Shown here: one piece after another, positions 28,750-42,327 of the stretch
How the letters are laid out: every line of letters starts with the position of its first letter
How positions within the stretch are numbered: the stretch's first letter is position 1
Assembly (NCBI GenBank): GCA_963693365.1
Contig: CAVNZM010000005.1
Location: forward strand, 6,455,167 to 6,519,166
DNA length: 64,000 nt
Reading direction: 5' to 3'
Source of the DNA: Amoebidium appalachense
Taxonomy: Eukaryota > Protista > Ichthyosporea
Translations under genes and position numbers: made by a program
Notes under the pieces: generated by a model
Databases searched by the model: none
What the model was told of the DNA's origin: nothing
Seen by the model: only the letters and a program-made list of their open reading frames with translations

Positions 28750-29579
28750 GATTTCCTTTCGTACTCTGTATCCTATTCTAATCCCCCCCCCCCCCCTCTC
28801 ACCCTTTCCCTCCGTTTTTTCAGGTTGGGGTGCACTGAGCGCTATCCGCAAGATGCGCCCAGACCTCTACAATATCACAATCATCTCCCCTCGAAACTAT
28901 TTCCTCTTTACCCCCCTCCTCCCCTCCACCACGACTGGCGTGATTGAAACGAGGTGCATTATCGAACCCATCAGAGACTACTGTGTGAGAGCTAACGGCG
29001 CACACGCTCAGTATGTATCCGTTTGAAATGTTTTCGGATGTTATTCAACCCCCCCACCCCCCCCCCCCCCCTCCCTCTCTTCCCTCTTTCACTTCCCCTT
29101 CTTCACTTCTCAACACACGTGCACACGTACGTCTTTGTCGGTGTAAACCGCCTTTTGTTTTTGGAAATTCTGCTTTCGGCGTGGGGTCATAAAGGGGAGG
29201 AAGGGATAGTGTGTGTGTGGTGGTGGTGGTGGTGGGAGGGGGGAGGGGGGGGGGGGGGGGGAGGGGGGGGGAAGGGGGGGGAAGGGGAGGGAATGCCTGG
29301 GTGAGCGGTTCCTTTCTACCTTAACCACCTCTACGTATGTGTTTTTTCCGACCTATTTATAGGAGTTGGCCACACATTCAAGCATTCAAGTCGTTATTCA
29401 AATCGGGCCGGCATACTTACGGGTCGGGTCAGGTTCTACGAGGCTGAGTGTGTGAACATTGACCCGGATACCAACACCGTCACCTGTGTGAATACTATTG
29501 ATGGCACTCCTGCTGGGGTATGTTTGCCCCCCTCCCCTCCCCCCCCCGCCCCCCCCCCCCCCCTCCCCCCCTACCCCCT

Positions 29580-29611
<32 letters not shown>

Positions 29612-30138
29612 CCATTCATTACTTTCCCCCTCCTTCCCCTTAGCCACCCCCCACCCCCCCAGGGAGCTCCTCTTATTCCTGCTTCCTACGTTTTGCATGT
29701 GACCTTTTTTTTCTTGCATTGTTGCCCATCGAATTCATCTCCCCCCCCCCCCCCCCCCCCCCCTCCCCCCCCCCCCCCCCCCCCCAAACACTCGCACACA
29801 CCAAAAGAGAAGGAGGTTTTCCGTCCTTTTCCCTTATTCCTCCGGCTGTTTCGAGACTCACATCTCCTCCCTTTCCTCCCAGACACACACACGTGCGCGG
29901 ACCCCCCCCCCCCAACACACACACACACGTGGCGCACACACACACACACCCCACACACACACACACAGACACCCTTCAAGCTGCAGTATGACCATTTGGT
30001 GGTGGCCGTAGGCACTCAGTCGGCAACCTTCAACATCCCCGGCGTGAAGGAGGTAAGTGTGTGTGTGTGTGTGTGTGTGTTTTCTCACCTGCTCCCTCCC
30101 TATCTGTGTGATTCTACCCACGTGTGTGATGTATGCGG

Positions 30139-30203
<65 letters not shown>

Positions 30204-30969
30204 ACTCTGACACCTACAATGCCCGAACCATCTTATCTTACTTATACATTTCCCCGCTCACCCTTTTCGACTGCAAACTACATACACACTGCCTACGGTT
30301 CCAGTTTTTCATATCTTCCACTCTCTATGTCCTATTTTTCTTGACCCCTCCCCCTCCACCCCCCCCCCCCCCCCCCCCCCCCCCCGGCGCGGATGGGCTC
30401 TGCACATTATGCATACCCTTTGTGTGGTTTGCACCATGTGTACTTCGTATAACCCATTCTAACTCCCCCCTCCCCCCCCTCCCCCCCCCCCCTCGCCCCC
30501 TCCCGGTTTTTTCAGCATGCGCTATTCATGAAGGAGGCCCGCGATGGTCGTCGTCTGAGACAACGGATTATGGACGTGCTGGAGAGGGTGAACTGCCCAG
30601 ATGCCGTGGTATGTATTTGTTTGTGTGTTGGCTGTTAAAAGGTTAAAGCCCATCTTTCGTTTAGATAGCTCATAAAGTGTAATTATTTTTGGGCAACGAT
30701 TTCTGTCCGTTTTTTTTTTTTTCTTGAGGTGAGTGACTATATGCCGTGCAATACTTTTCGCAGTTCTTTCTGGGGTGGCAATATAGCCGCGGCGGCGACG
30801 CGGGGGGGGGGGGGGGGGGGGGGGGAGGGGGGGGGAGGAAGGGGGAGGATGGGGGAGAAACCATGAACGCTGCTTTGCATCTTCCTCCCTTTTCTTACTC
30901 CCGCATGCTCCCCGCCCCCGCCCCCTCCACACACATACACACACATAGGCATCACCCCACTCCTCCCCC

Positions 30970-31014
<45 letters not shown>

Positions 31015-31848
31015 ACACACACACACACACATCATCACCTCCCTCCCCCAAAAAACATAAACACACACACACGCACACTTAAAGGAGCCGCAAGTAGCGG
31101 AGCGTCTTCTCCACTTTGTGGTGGTGGGCGGTGGGCCCACTGGTGTTGAGTGTGCTGCCGAACTGCATGACTTTGTGGTGGATGAGGTGGCAAGATACTT
31201 CCCTCAGCTCAAGGATAAGTGCGTGTTCTTTAACGGGGGATGCCCGGGGGAGGGGGGGGAGGGGGGAGGAGGAGGAGGAGGGGGGGGGGGGAGAGAGAAG
31301 GGGGGGAGTGATTGTGTGTGGCTTCTGGAAGAAAAGGAGGGAGGGGAGGGGGGGGGGGGGGGGGGGGGGGAGAGAGAGAGAGAGAGAGATGTGGGGGGGG
31401 GGGGGGGGAGGATGGGAGAGATGGCAGGAGTGAGGGGCGGGGGAGGCAGTCAGTATCATGTGTTGTTGTGGGGCTGCCGGGCAAAGGGGGGGGGGGGGGG
31501 GGGGGGGGGGGGGATAATGCAGGATGAGGTTTGCAGGTGGAAAGCCACACTTTGCTGGGTGGGTTGAAGAAAGCCGACATAAGCATTGGACATACTCATG
31601 ATGTGTGTCTTGCGCAAACAGACACGCACACACACACAGAGGCACATGCACACACACACACACATCCACACACACATTCGCCACGGGCCACACACACACA
31701 CTCTCTCTCTCTCTCGCTCTCTTGCTCTCCCACACACTCTTATCTCTTTTCCTTCCTCTCAAGGATTTTTTGCTATCTCTCTCTCTCTGTCCGTGCCTAA
31801 AACAGATCCTCACCCCTTCCCCCTCATCCCCCCTTCTGCCCCCCCCCC

Positions 31849-31879
<31 letters not shown>

Positions 31880-33006
31880 ACACACACACCCCCCCCCCCC
31901 CACACACACACACACGCACACACACACACACAGGGTCAAGATCACTCTGATCGAGGCTCTCCCCAACGTGCTCTCCATGTTCAGCACATCCCTCGTCGAA
32001 TATGCCACAGAGAAATTCAAACGTGAAAACATCGATGTGAAGACTAAGTATGGGTCACACTCTTCCGTGGGGTGCCAGGAAAAAGGGGGAAAGAGGGGCC
32101 ACTGTTTTGTTTGTTTGGGTGGATGGGTGTGTGTGGTCGTGGTTGTGGCGTTTGGTTGTGGGTGTGGTTGGGTGGGTGGAGGGGGGGCAAGGGGAGGGGG
32201 GTATGTGTGGGGTGATGTGTCTGTGTGTGTGTTCTGTGTGCTTGTGTGGTGTTTGGGGGGGGGGAGGAGAGCTCAGAAGAACTTCAAGGCCGGTCCGGGA
32301 GTGATAACCCCACACTTACAGGCGACTTCCTAACGGGAAAGGCAAACAGAAATGTTTATTTATGTGGTATCTGGCACTAGCTGGTGGCTGAGTGCCAAGC
32401 TTGCACTTGCCGTGCATGCTCAAGCAACTGGTCACGGTGGGCTGTGGCCAGAGGGGCTTCCAGAAAACACCTAGAAGTAGAAACGGGACTAAGGCCAGCG
32501 AAGAGGTTGGGAAGTCTGGAGGAGGAGAAGGGAAGAAGTTGGTCCTCGGCTCTTTTTTTGGAAGTGGGGGCAGGGGAGGGGGGGGGGGGGGGGGGGAGGG
32601 GGTGTCGAAAAATGTAGCGTTCTTGTTCTGAACAATGAGTTAGGTGGGGTAATGGGACCCGGGTAGGGGGGGGGGGGGGGGGGGGGGGGGGGCAGGTGAG
32701 TGGGTGTGTAGGGGGGTGGGGGGGGAGGGGGGGGGGGAGAGAGAAAGAAGTGGGGGGGCGGTGGGAGGGTGGTGATGGTGGGGCCGGGGGGGGGGGGGGG
32801 GGGGAGGGGGAGGGGGAGAAGGGATAAATCAGGGGCAGGAGAGGAGAGAGGATTATGTTTAAGGTTGGAATGGGTTTGTGCGGAAACTAACACGGTTTTT
32901 GTGCAAAGGTCACTGGTGGTGAAGGTGGATGATGATACGGTCAGCATCAAGAGTCTGGAGACGGGCCAGGTGTGTGTGTGTCTCTCTCTGTGTGTGTTTT
33001 TTTGTT

Positions 33007-33043
<37 letters not shown>

Positions 33044-33120
33044 TGTGCATGTGTGTGTGGGTGTGTATGTGTGTATTTATGTTGGAGGGGGAAGTAGGTG
33101 TCGTTTTTGTGTTTTTTTTT

Positions 33121-33173
<53 letters not shown>

Positions 33174-33213
33174 GGGAAGGAAGGGGTTGTATGTGTGTGT
33201 TTGTGTGTGTGTG

Positions 33214-33246
<33 letters not shown>

Positions 33247-33531
33247 TGTGTGTTTGTGTGCGCGCATGTGTATAGGTCTATGTGCAGCCCAGAACTCACC
33301 TGCCAATTCCTGCAAATCTACCGCAACATTCAACCTGTTTTTATTTAAAACCTGCACGATCTCTTTTTGTCTCCTTTGGCACATTGCTTGAATTTATTAT
33401 ATTTTTAATTTAATAACCTGACATAAAATCTTAAAGGTGTCCACGATGCCCTACGGTACCCTCCTGTGGGCATCCGGTGTTGCCGTCCGTCCAGTCATCA
33501 GCAGTCTCATCAAATCCATCGGCGCTGTAAG

Positions 33532-33572
<41 letters not shown>

Positions 33573-33740
33573 CCCCCTTCCCTCCCCTCCGGCCCTTACC
33601 CCCCCACCCCCCTTCTCCCTTCCTTTTCCCCTCCTTTTCCTATACGGTACATTCTCTACAGGTATAATGCATACGGTAAGAGAGGAAGACAAATGGATGG
33701 GTTGGTGTTTGTGTGTGTGTGTGTCTTTTTTTTTTTGGGA

Positions 33741-33776
<36 letters not shown>

Positions 33777-34039
33777 GCAGGGAACGAACAGAGTGAAGTC
33801 ATGAAGAAACCAGCCCCCACGTGTGATAACTTTTACTCTCCCTCCTTCCCTGCACACCCTCCCTGCGGTTCCCTTCCCCACCTTCTATTCTTGCTCATTC
33901 TTGCACCCATCAAAGGTTACAGAATAAATTTGATTATAGATAAAGCACAGGCACACGTCCCTACACACCTGTGCTTACCCCCAAAAACCCTCTCCCCCCC
34001 TTCCCCTCCCCACCACCAACACCACCCCGCACGCGCGCG

Positions 34040-34132
<93 letters not shown>

Positions 34133-36024
34133 CTGACCCTCCTATTGCAGGATAAGGGCCAGACCAACCCCAAGGCTCTTGCCGTCGACAAACATCTGAG
34201 GGTGGTCGGTACGTCACCCCTCCCACCCCCCTCCACCTCCCCCCCCCCCCCCCCCCCCCCCCCCTCCCCCCGCGCGGCCTTGCACCCTCCCCCCCTCCTC
34301 CATACTTCAATGTTTGCCTTTGCATGTGTCCTTCGTGTATGCGTACTTCGTACCGTGTTCCGCATTCAAACCCCCCCTCCCCAACCATTCCCCCCTTCAA
34401 CCTCCAACTTGTTCGCACTCTCTTCTCTACATCTATCCCACCCACCACCCCCTCCTGTTGAACATGCACAGGATGCACACACGTGACTCTTTTCCCATGG
34501 ATGCATGCATGTGGGAACTGAGGTGCTTGCACACGAGGTTGGCTGATATGAATGGTGCACGTTTTCGTTGGTGTGTGTGTGTGTGGGTGTGGGTGTGGGT
34601 GGGTGGGTGGGTGGGTGGGTGGGTGTGGGTGTGGGTGTGTGTTGTGTTATGGCGTGGTGGTGGTGTTCCCCCCCCCCCCCCCCCCTCCCCCTCTTCCCCC
34701 TCAATTGGGGTGGGTGGGTGAGTGGGGGATAGGCACTGAGTCTCATTCCAACACTGAAGGGTTGAGGTTTGTAAGGATGGTTACTAAAATATAACGGGAC
34801 ACACACACACACACACACACAGGCACGAACAACATCTGGGCCATTGGTGACTGTGCATTCAACGGCCATCCCCCCACCGCCCAAGTTGCCAGCCAGGAGG
34901 TAACAACCCCCCCCCTCCCCCCCCCCCCCCCCCCGCGCCTCCGCCGTCTCCCTCCTCACCTCCTCCTCCTCCTCCCCCCCCCTCCCCGCGCCATGAAACT
35001 AAGAATTCCCCCCTCCCCCCCCACCCCACCCCCCACCTTTGATGCGTACTCTTTGTGTGCGTTTTTTTTTTTTTTGTTTGTTTGTTTGTTTGTTTTTCCC
35101 TGCACAAACTGCATTCTGTGGTCTGCAGCGAATGTGTGCATCTCAAACTCTGTAATACACTTCACCCCCTCCCCTCCCTCACAATCATCTGTCCCAATCG
35201 TACAATGACAAGAACCATGACGACGCAGAGAAAATGAAGAGTGAAAGCTTGCGCAAAAAAAGAGGGAACACACTGAGAAATAGGTGGGGAGGTACGGGGG
35301 GGTGGGGGTGGGTGTGGGGGGGGGAAGACTTCTGGTACGCATGTGCATATGTCACTTTTGCATGTGATGGTTCACCAATCATGCTACGTATGTGAGATGC
35401 ACCAATCAAATCTCCTGCCTGTGTAGATTGACCAATGGAATGCCGCCTCAGGGCAAGTATCTGGGCCGCATGCTGAAGGAAGCGGCTGGGATTCTGAACC
35501 AGGACAAACTGCACCATAACCACGAGGTGGGTGGTGGAGGTGTTTTTTTTTTTTTTGTTTGTTTACTTAAGTTATTTATTTATTTCATTATTTATTTATT
35601 TCTGGTGGGTGGGTGGGGGCGGGGAAGGGGGGGGGGGGGGGGGGGGACAGGGAGAGCGGAACCGGGGGGGGGGGAGGGGGGGGGATACAATGTAGCAGTG
35701 GTGTTTTTTTCCCTCCTTGGGTTTCTCCACCCCCCCCCCCCCCCCCCCCCCCCCCCCGTTATTTTACTTTTTTTTTCTTTCCATAGGAAGATTAGGGAAT
35801 GGGAGAAGGGGGAGAGAGGGGGGGGGGGGGGGGGAGGGGGAGGGAGGAGGGAGCAGCACATGAGGGGGGAGGGGGGAAGGGAGGAGGGGGGGGGGAGGCA
35901 GGGGCAGATGGAGAGGGAACAGATGGGCTTTAGGTATTAACTCTAAGGCTCCCTTGATACGCACAAGCGTGCATGTGTACCCATATCACACACACACACG
36001 CGCGCACGCACACACACACACACA

Positions 36025-36067
<43 letters not shown>

Positions 36068-37451
36068 ACACGTACACACGTACACACACACAGGGGCTTG
36101 AGGAGTACCTCAAGACTAAGCCTGAGTTCCAATACAACCACATGGGCGCCTTTGCCTACATTGGTGACACGGCAGCTATTGCTGATTTCGGCAAGGTGTG
36201 TTCCACCCCCCCCCCCCCCCCCCCTTCTCTTTCTCTCCCCCCTCTCTCTCTTCTTCCCCCCCCTCCCCCCCCCCCCCCTCTCTTCCTTCCCCCTCCCCCT
36301 TCCCTCCTCCCTCCCCCCCCCCCCCCCCCCCCCCCCGCCGCCCTCTCTCTCTGTGTGTGTGTGTGTGTATGCTGGCGGGTGCTGATGTGTGAACTTGCGT
36401 GTGTGCTGCTTTTTAGGTGGTGCAGTTTGTGAACTAGTGTGTGTGTATGCCTGTGCGGGTTGTTTCATTTTACGTTGTTTCAAAATCTTTCTTCGTACCA
36501 CGTCCCCTTTGACCGCGTGCCATGTACACCAACAATCAAACCAACTCGTATTGCACCATGCCTCTACCCCTTCTTTCCCTTCCGATTTCTGCCTCCGCGA
36601 CATCTTTACTTCCATGCTACCGGGCATGGTTGCTCTGTGTCGTGCATCTGTAAGCACATACGCATTTTTCGCTGCACTGCATTAGTTTGCACACAAACCT
36701 TCACCGTTTTGCTCACCTTACTTGCACAAGCAACCCTGCTCGTCTTTGATCAAGACGGGTTGACCCTCCCAAGTTCAGTTGATGCTGCTGTCTGAGTTGG
36801 AGCGTCGTATATGCGCGGGCTAAGGGGTCGAAACTCAGACGCAATTGATGACTTGGGCCCTCCCTGAGGATGGGCTCTGCTTATGACGCTGTGTGCATGG
36901 CTGATGCTGCATTCTTAAATGTTTGCCTTTCCATGTGTCCTGCACCATGCTTCTCATCGTGTATGCGTACTTTGTACTGTGTTCCGCATTCCCCCCCCCC
37001 CCCCCCCCCCCCCCCCCAACCCAAAAAAAAAAAAAAAAAAAAAAAGAAGAAGAAGAAGAAGAAGGGAAAAAAAAAGGAGGGGGGGGGGGGGGGGGGGGGG
37101 GGGGGAGAGGGGGGGTGAAGAAAAAGGAAAGAGAGAGAGAAAGGAAAGAATAGGGGGGCAAAAAAAAAAAAAAAAAAGGAGAAAAGAAAATAAAAAACCA
37201 AGTCAAAACGCACCAATAGCAAATTCTCAGAACTCCCAAATCCGCCAATCCAGAACACTCACGTGACCTCCCACCAATCACAGAGCAAGGACGACCCTGG
37301 CCTGTTTGGTACCAGTGCAGGCACCACGACCTACTTCCTCTGGCGCAGTGTCTACTTCACTAAGCTGCTCTCTTACCGCAACAGAATGCTGATCAGCTCA
37401 AACTGGCTCTTCACCTATCTCTTTGGACGCGACACTAGCAGAAACGCATAG
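26527..37451 (+). CDS. Mitochondrial alternative (type II) NADH:ubiquinone oxidoreductase, NDE/NDI1-like, 16 exons (approx. 26527-26682, 27313-27395, 27916-27980, 28824-29010, 29433-29517, 29969-30052, 30516-30608, 31085-31218, 31934-32047, 32909-32969, 33437-33526, 34151-34208, 34823-34899, 35452-35526, 36094-36196, 37285-37451)
   Basis: Mitochondrial presequence [16 protein letters not shown]; VVILGTGWGA; [15 protein letters not shown]; YDHLVVAVG...[16 protein letters not shown]; [19 protein letters not shown]; [14 protein letters not shown]; IWAIGDCA...[14 protein letters not shown]; [13 protein letters not shown]; [16 protein letters not shown]...WL...FGRD. Internal exon edges may be off by a few nt. 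Confidence 0.93.
27130..27310. repeat. ~25-30 bp degenerate tandem repeat (TGCTCA(C/T)TCACT(G/C)TTTGCAA) before the NDH-2 exon 2 acceptor
   Basis: Five to six imperfect units visible. Confidence 0.65.
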
Positions 37452-37930
37452 CCTACCACCTTGGCTTGGCTCTCCCCACCTACCATCCCCACCAACATAC
37501 ACGCACACATACACATACGCACACACATGCACGCATGCACGCACACACATACGTACCCTCCAAGCACGCATGCACGCACACACAGATGCGTGCAGTACAC
37601 ACATGAACATACGTGTTGCACACACACATGCACACAAAGGTGATACTACTACGGTCCCATGGGCACACGCCTGTAATCAGACACACGAAGAGGCATTTTA
37701 TGGAATGATTGCGTGTCACCCTACCTAACCTATGGACGAAATTGTTTTAAATGATTGGCCGTGTACCAATTTAAGATTTCGTCTTACGATCCTTAAAACG
37801 GTGTATGATTTGTATTGTGTTGTTGCTATGAAATGGAGAACTTATTGTTTCTTGTACTTGGCCTTACTTCTACCATTCCAATCAACCATGCCCCTTTATT
37901 GCTCATTATTAAAAGCCACATATCCCTCCC

Positions 37931-37965
<35 letters not shown>

Positions 37966-38070
37966 CCTGCTTTTCTCTATTTTTTTTTTTTGGTGGGTTC
38001 AGGGGTTTATCAGATAATGACGCAGGACATATATAAATTATATATATATATATATACTATACTATATATA

Positions 38071-38111
<41 letters not shown>

Positions 38112-38391
38112 CCAATTTGATATGGCATTATATTCCGCCTGAGATTTTGTTGGAATTCGTGTCCACAGTGTTTTTGACTACAGATATAATCGGCGATTTG
38201 ATCGGTGTATGTTGATGTAGGTGTGCCCCGGAGGCAACATGTGCACGTGAGATTCGAGTGCTTTAAAGATTCAATTAACTGCAGCATATTTCATGTCATA
38301 GGTTATACTCTGTAATTGACAAATGTTGACGAAATCTGAGCATTGCATGAGGTAGTTCGACATCGCACCCGCATGGTGCACGTGTGTGTGT

Positions 38392-38425
<34 letters not shown>

Positions 38426-38850
38426 GTGAGGTCTCGAGAGATCGTGAGAGAGGTGTGGGTGTGTGTTACCCCATCAATTGGGGGGGAGGGGGGGGTCTGT
38501 AGGCTCATTGTGCGCCGACGTTGGTGCAGTTTGTGACACCTGGCATTTATTTGGTCTTGGGACTGTGGGGCAAAAAAAAAAAAAAAAAAAAAAAAATCTC
38601 TACAACGATGCATGCATCATCAGTCTCATGCACATGGCATGCTTGTTGATATGCACCTTGCAGCTAAAGGGGTGCTGGTGCATTTGATATATTATAAAGG
38701 TGATGTATGTTTGGTGATATCTCAAATTGTGGTGGGGACGTCGGAACAGGACAAAAATTGGTTGATTTTGTGAATTGGTCTCCCTCTCTCTCTCTCTCTC
38801 TCTCCCCCCTCCCTCCCTCCCTCCCTCCCTCCCTCCCTCCCTCCCTCCCT

Positions 38851-38937
<87 letters not shown>

Positions 38938-39096
38938 TGTGTGCGCGCGCTCGTGTATTGTGTGACACTTAACGACACTGTGTGTGTTTGTGACCCTTTT
39001 TGTGCGTGTGTGTGCGACACTGTGTGCGTGCCTGTGCGAGGGTGTCTCTCTCTGTGTGTGTGAGTGTGACACTGTGTGTGTGGGTGGGTGTTTGTT

Positions 39097-39163
<67 letters not shown>

Positions 39164-39746
39164 TGTTCAATGGTGCCAATGTGTGCCACAGGGTATGTGT
39201 GTGTGGGACTGTGTGTGTATTTGGGGCCAGGCATCTGGCGTGATCATTGATTCAACTCAGGGCCATCCCCATAGTAGTATTATTACAGAAAGAAGAAACA
39301 TCTTTCAAATTATTCATCCAACAACTTCCTTTCACTTACCACTGGGTGTGTTATGGTTAACGGAAACAAATCACTCGGGCTTTAAGCATTGTAAATAAAT
39401 GGGTGCCTACAGTGCAGCTAGCGCTGCAATGTGCGGTATGTACATGTCTTGAGTTCGGAAAACACTTCGACTGAGAATTTTTTTTTTCATACTGACAATC
39501 ACACTGACGGCTTTCAAATTGCCCCCTACGAAGTAAACCCCCCCCCCCCCCCCCAGCACACACACACACCTTCCCCAGGTCTCCCCCCCCCCCCCTCTCC
39601 CCCCCCCCCCAAAAAAGCAGGAAATGCAGAAGTGCAACCGTAAAGTCCTGATTCATGATGATACTACGCGCAAGCACTTATACCACATGTACCAAACAAA
39701 CATACCATGAAAGCTTCAAAAAAGCCTTGCATCTGTTTGAGTATGC

Positions 39747-39798
<52 letters not shown>

Positions 39799-39926
39799 GT
39801 TTGCGTGTGTGTGTCTGTGTCACGGTGCGTGTGCATGTGTGCTGTTAAATGTGTGTCTGTGTGTGTACGCGCGTGTGTGCGTGTGTGCGCATGCGTGCGC
39901 AATGTGTGTGTGTGTCTGTTTGTGTG

Positions 39927-40007
<81 letters not shown>

Positions 40008-40035
40008 TGTGTGTGTGTCTGTGTCTGTGTGTGCG

Positions 40036-40108
<73 letters not shown>

Positions 40109-40301
40109 AAGTCCGTGCGTGCATGTGCAGCGCGACTGTGCTCAGATCGAAATGGGGAGCGTCGTCTCCTATCTCATGAACACCCCCGTCCGCACCAAAC
40201 ACACATACACACACACACCCAACCAAAAGCGTGAGAATTTAGAAAGAAAAAACCACCAAAAGATCTCGTCCCGGGCAGTCACATTGCCTCCAAGGGGGAT
40301 C

Positions 40302-41087
40302 CTACACCTTTGTCTTGAAAATACTTGTGGTGCTCGTAGCCAAGGCATGCTCCGGCGTCTCGTCAACGGGATCCAAAGGCATGAAAAACCTCCACCCGCC
40401 GCCCCCTACGCTGGTCCCCTGGTTCCCCGATACCACCGGGGGGGTCTGCAAGTTTGTCGAAAATTCGGCGTTGATCCTGGCGGTCGAAAGGGCGCTCAGC
40501 TGGGTGCTGGTTGGGTGGCCTTTCCTCTTTTGGCTGATCGTCGGGAAAACGTAAACCGCGCAGTTGAAGAACCCCCACATTGGCGTGACAATAATGTTAA
40601 TAAGTATGAGTGTGTACGATGTGTGCCCTTGAGGGAGCCGCTCGTGAAAATACAATACGCAAGTGGGGAGCCAAACGAGAAACATGACAACACTGTAGCT
40701 GAGCACCTGAGCCACTGCCTGCATGCTCGACCCGGTGATTTGATGCCCGACACCCAGTTTAACCCTTATTAGGCGGACCGCCAAATATACGGAACATATG
40801 GTGACGCCAGCGTAAATAACCCAAAGCCACAGGTAGAAAACGGCAAGACGGACTTCAGGGTAATCGGGCCCCACCCAGCAATAGGCTCCAAGGGGTGTGT
40901 AGAAGTCGCGGATCGCAAGCGTGATTGAGATTACGATTGGAATTCCCCAGCAGAAAAAGTAGCAGAATGGAAGAAGGCGCCACATTTTCGAATCGGACCA
41001 GAGGAACCCGACCCGTAGGACCATGTCGAGCGCGAGGGTCAGGCACCATAGGAGGCTGCTGAGGAATAGCTGGAATACGGACGCCTG

Positions 41088-41152
<65 letters not shown>

Positions 41153-41189
41153 TGTAGATGGGGAAGTAGATGACACGGAGTGGTAATTT

Positions 41190-41252
<63 letters not shown>

Positions 41253-41576
41253 ACGGTCTGTGTGTGTGTCTGTGTGTGTGTGTGTGTGTGTGTTTGCCAA
41301 TGCATGTGTGTGGGTGTGTGTGGGCGTGTTTGTGTGTTTGTGTTGTGTGTGTGTGCGTGTGTGCTCTGGGGGGGGGGGAGGGGCCGGTAAGACGGTCAGT
41401 CAAGAACAACAGGAGCAAATATACTTCGGGGAGGTGGTCATTCTCACAAACAACACCGGTGCGTAGAACAATGTGCAAATGAGGCCGTTCCCGGATTGGG
41501 TGTGACGGTCTCTTGAAAATATTCGTGTGTTTGGGTGGTTGAGTGGTGTTGGCCCCAGTGTGTATGCCAGTGTGTG

Positions 41577-41615
<39 letters not shown>

Positions 41616-42327
41616 TGAGCACGAGTGAGTGAGTGAGTGAGTGTGTGTGAGTGAGTGTGTGTGTGCTGTCGCGCGTGTGTGGCGGGGGCCTTTGGAATGC
41701 GGAACATGGTAGGAAGTTCAACTGTGCGTTGAGAAACGGTGTGCAGGACACCGGCCGTCACTAGTGGTGTGCAAACTTATGCAAAGTATGTTGCAGTATA
41801 AACTCAGAACGTAAGACACCGGAAAAGCAACAGGCCTGGTGGTAGCAAGCAAGAGAAGACCATTCTCCCCTCCCCCCCCCCCCCCCCCCCCCCCCCCCCA
41901 CCAACAACAACAAAAACAACACACACTCCCCTCGACTCCTCCCCCTCCCCCTCCCCCCCACCCGCCCCCCCTCCCCCCCCCTCCTCTCCCATTCTACCTC
42001 CCCCCTACTGTAATCACTACAAAGAACGTAAGCAAACACGCATAAAGTTTTCCCCCAACAATAAGGTAAGCAACATACGGTCAACCCACCTGAACGGTGC
42101 AGAATATCTTGTTTCCCTGCGCCCATGGCCCCAGGAACAGGGCGAGCTCGAAGAGAAACTCAGCACAGACCATGTGCACAAATATCACGTGACGACTTAG
42201 CCTGCCCTCGCTCACTTTCCGTGCGTAGAAGATTGAGTGTGGTTATTGAGCCAATCATGCCAATCAAGGCAGTGATGTGTACAATGAAAGCCAATAAGGC
42301 TATTTGGGCTTCGGTTAGTTTCGTCAT
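40302..42327 (-). CDS. G-protein-coupled receptor, cAMP-receptor (CAR)/GCR1-like; last exon 41084-40302, first exon from ATG at 42327, middle exons unresolved
   Basis: TM1 ([21 protein letters not shown]), then Q...Q.F..S.LW...[33 protein letters not shown] and [10 protein letters not shown], the CAR/GCR1 7TM pattern. Confidence 0.78.
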
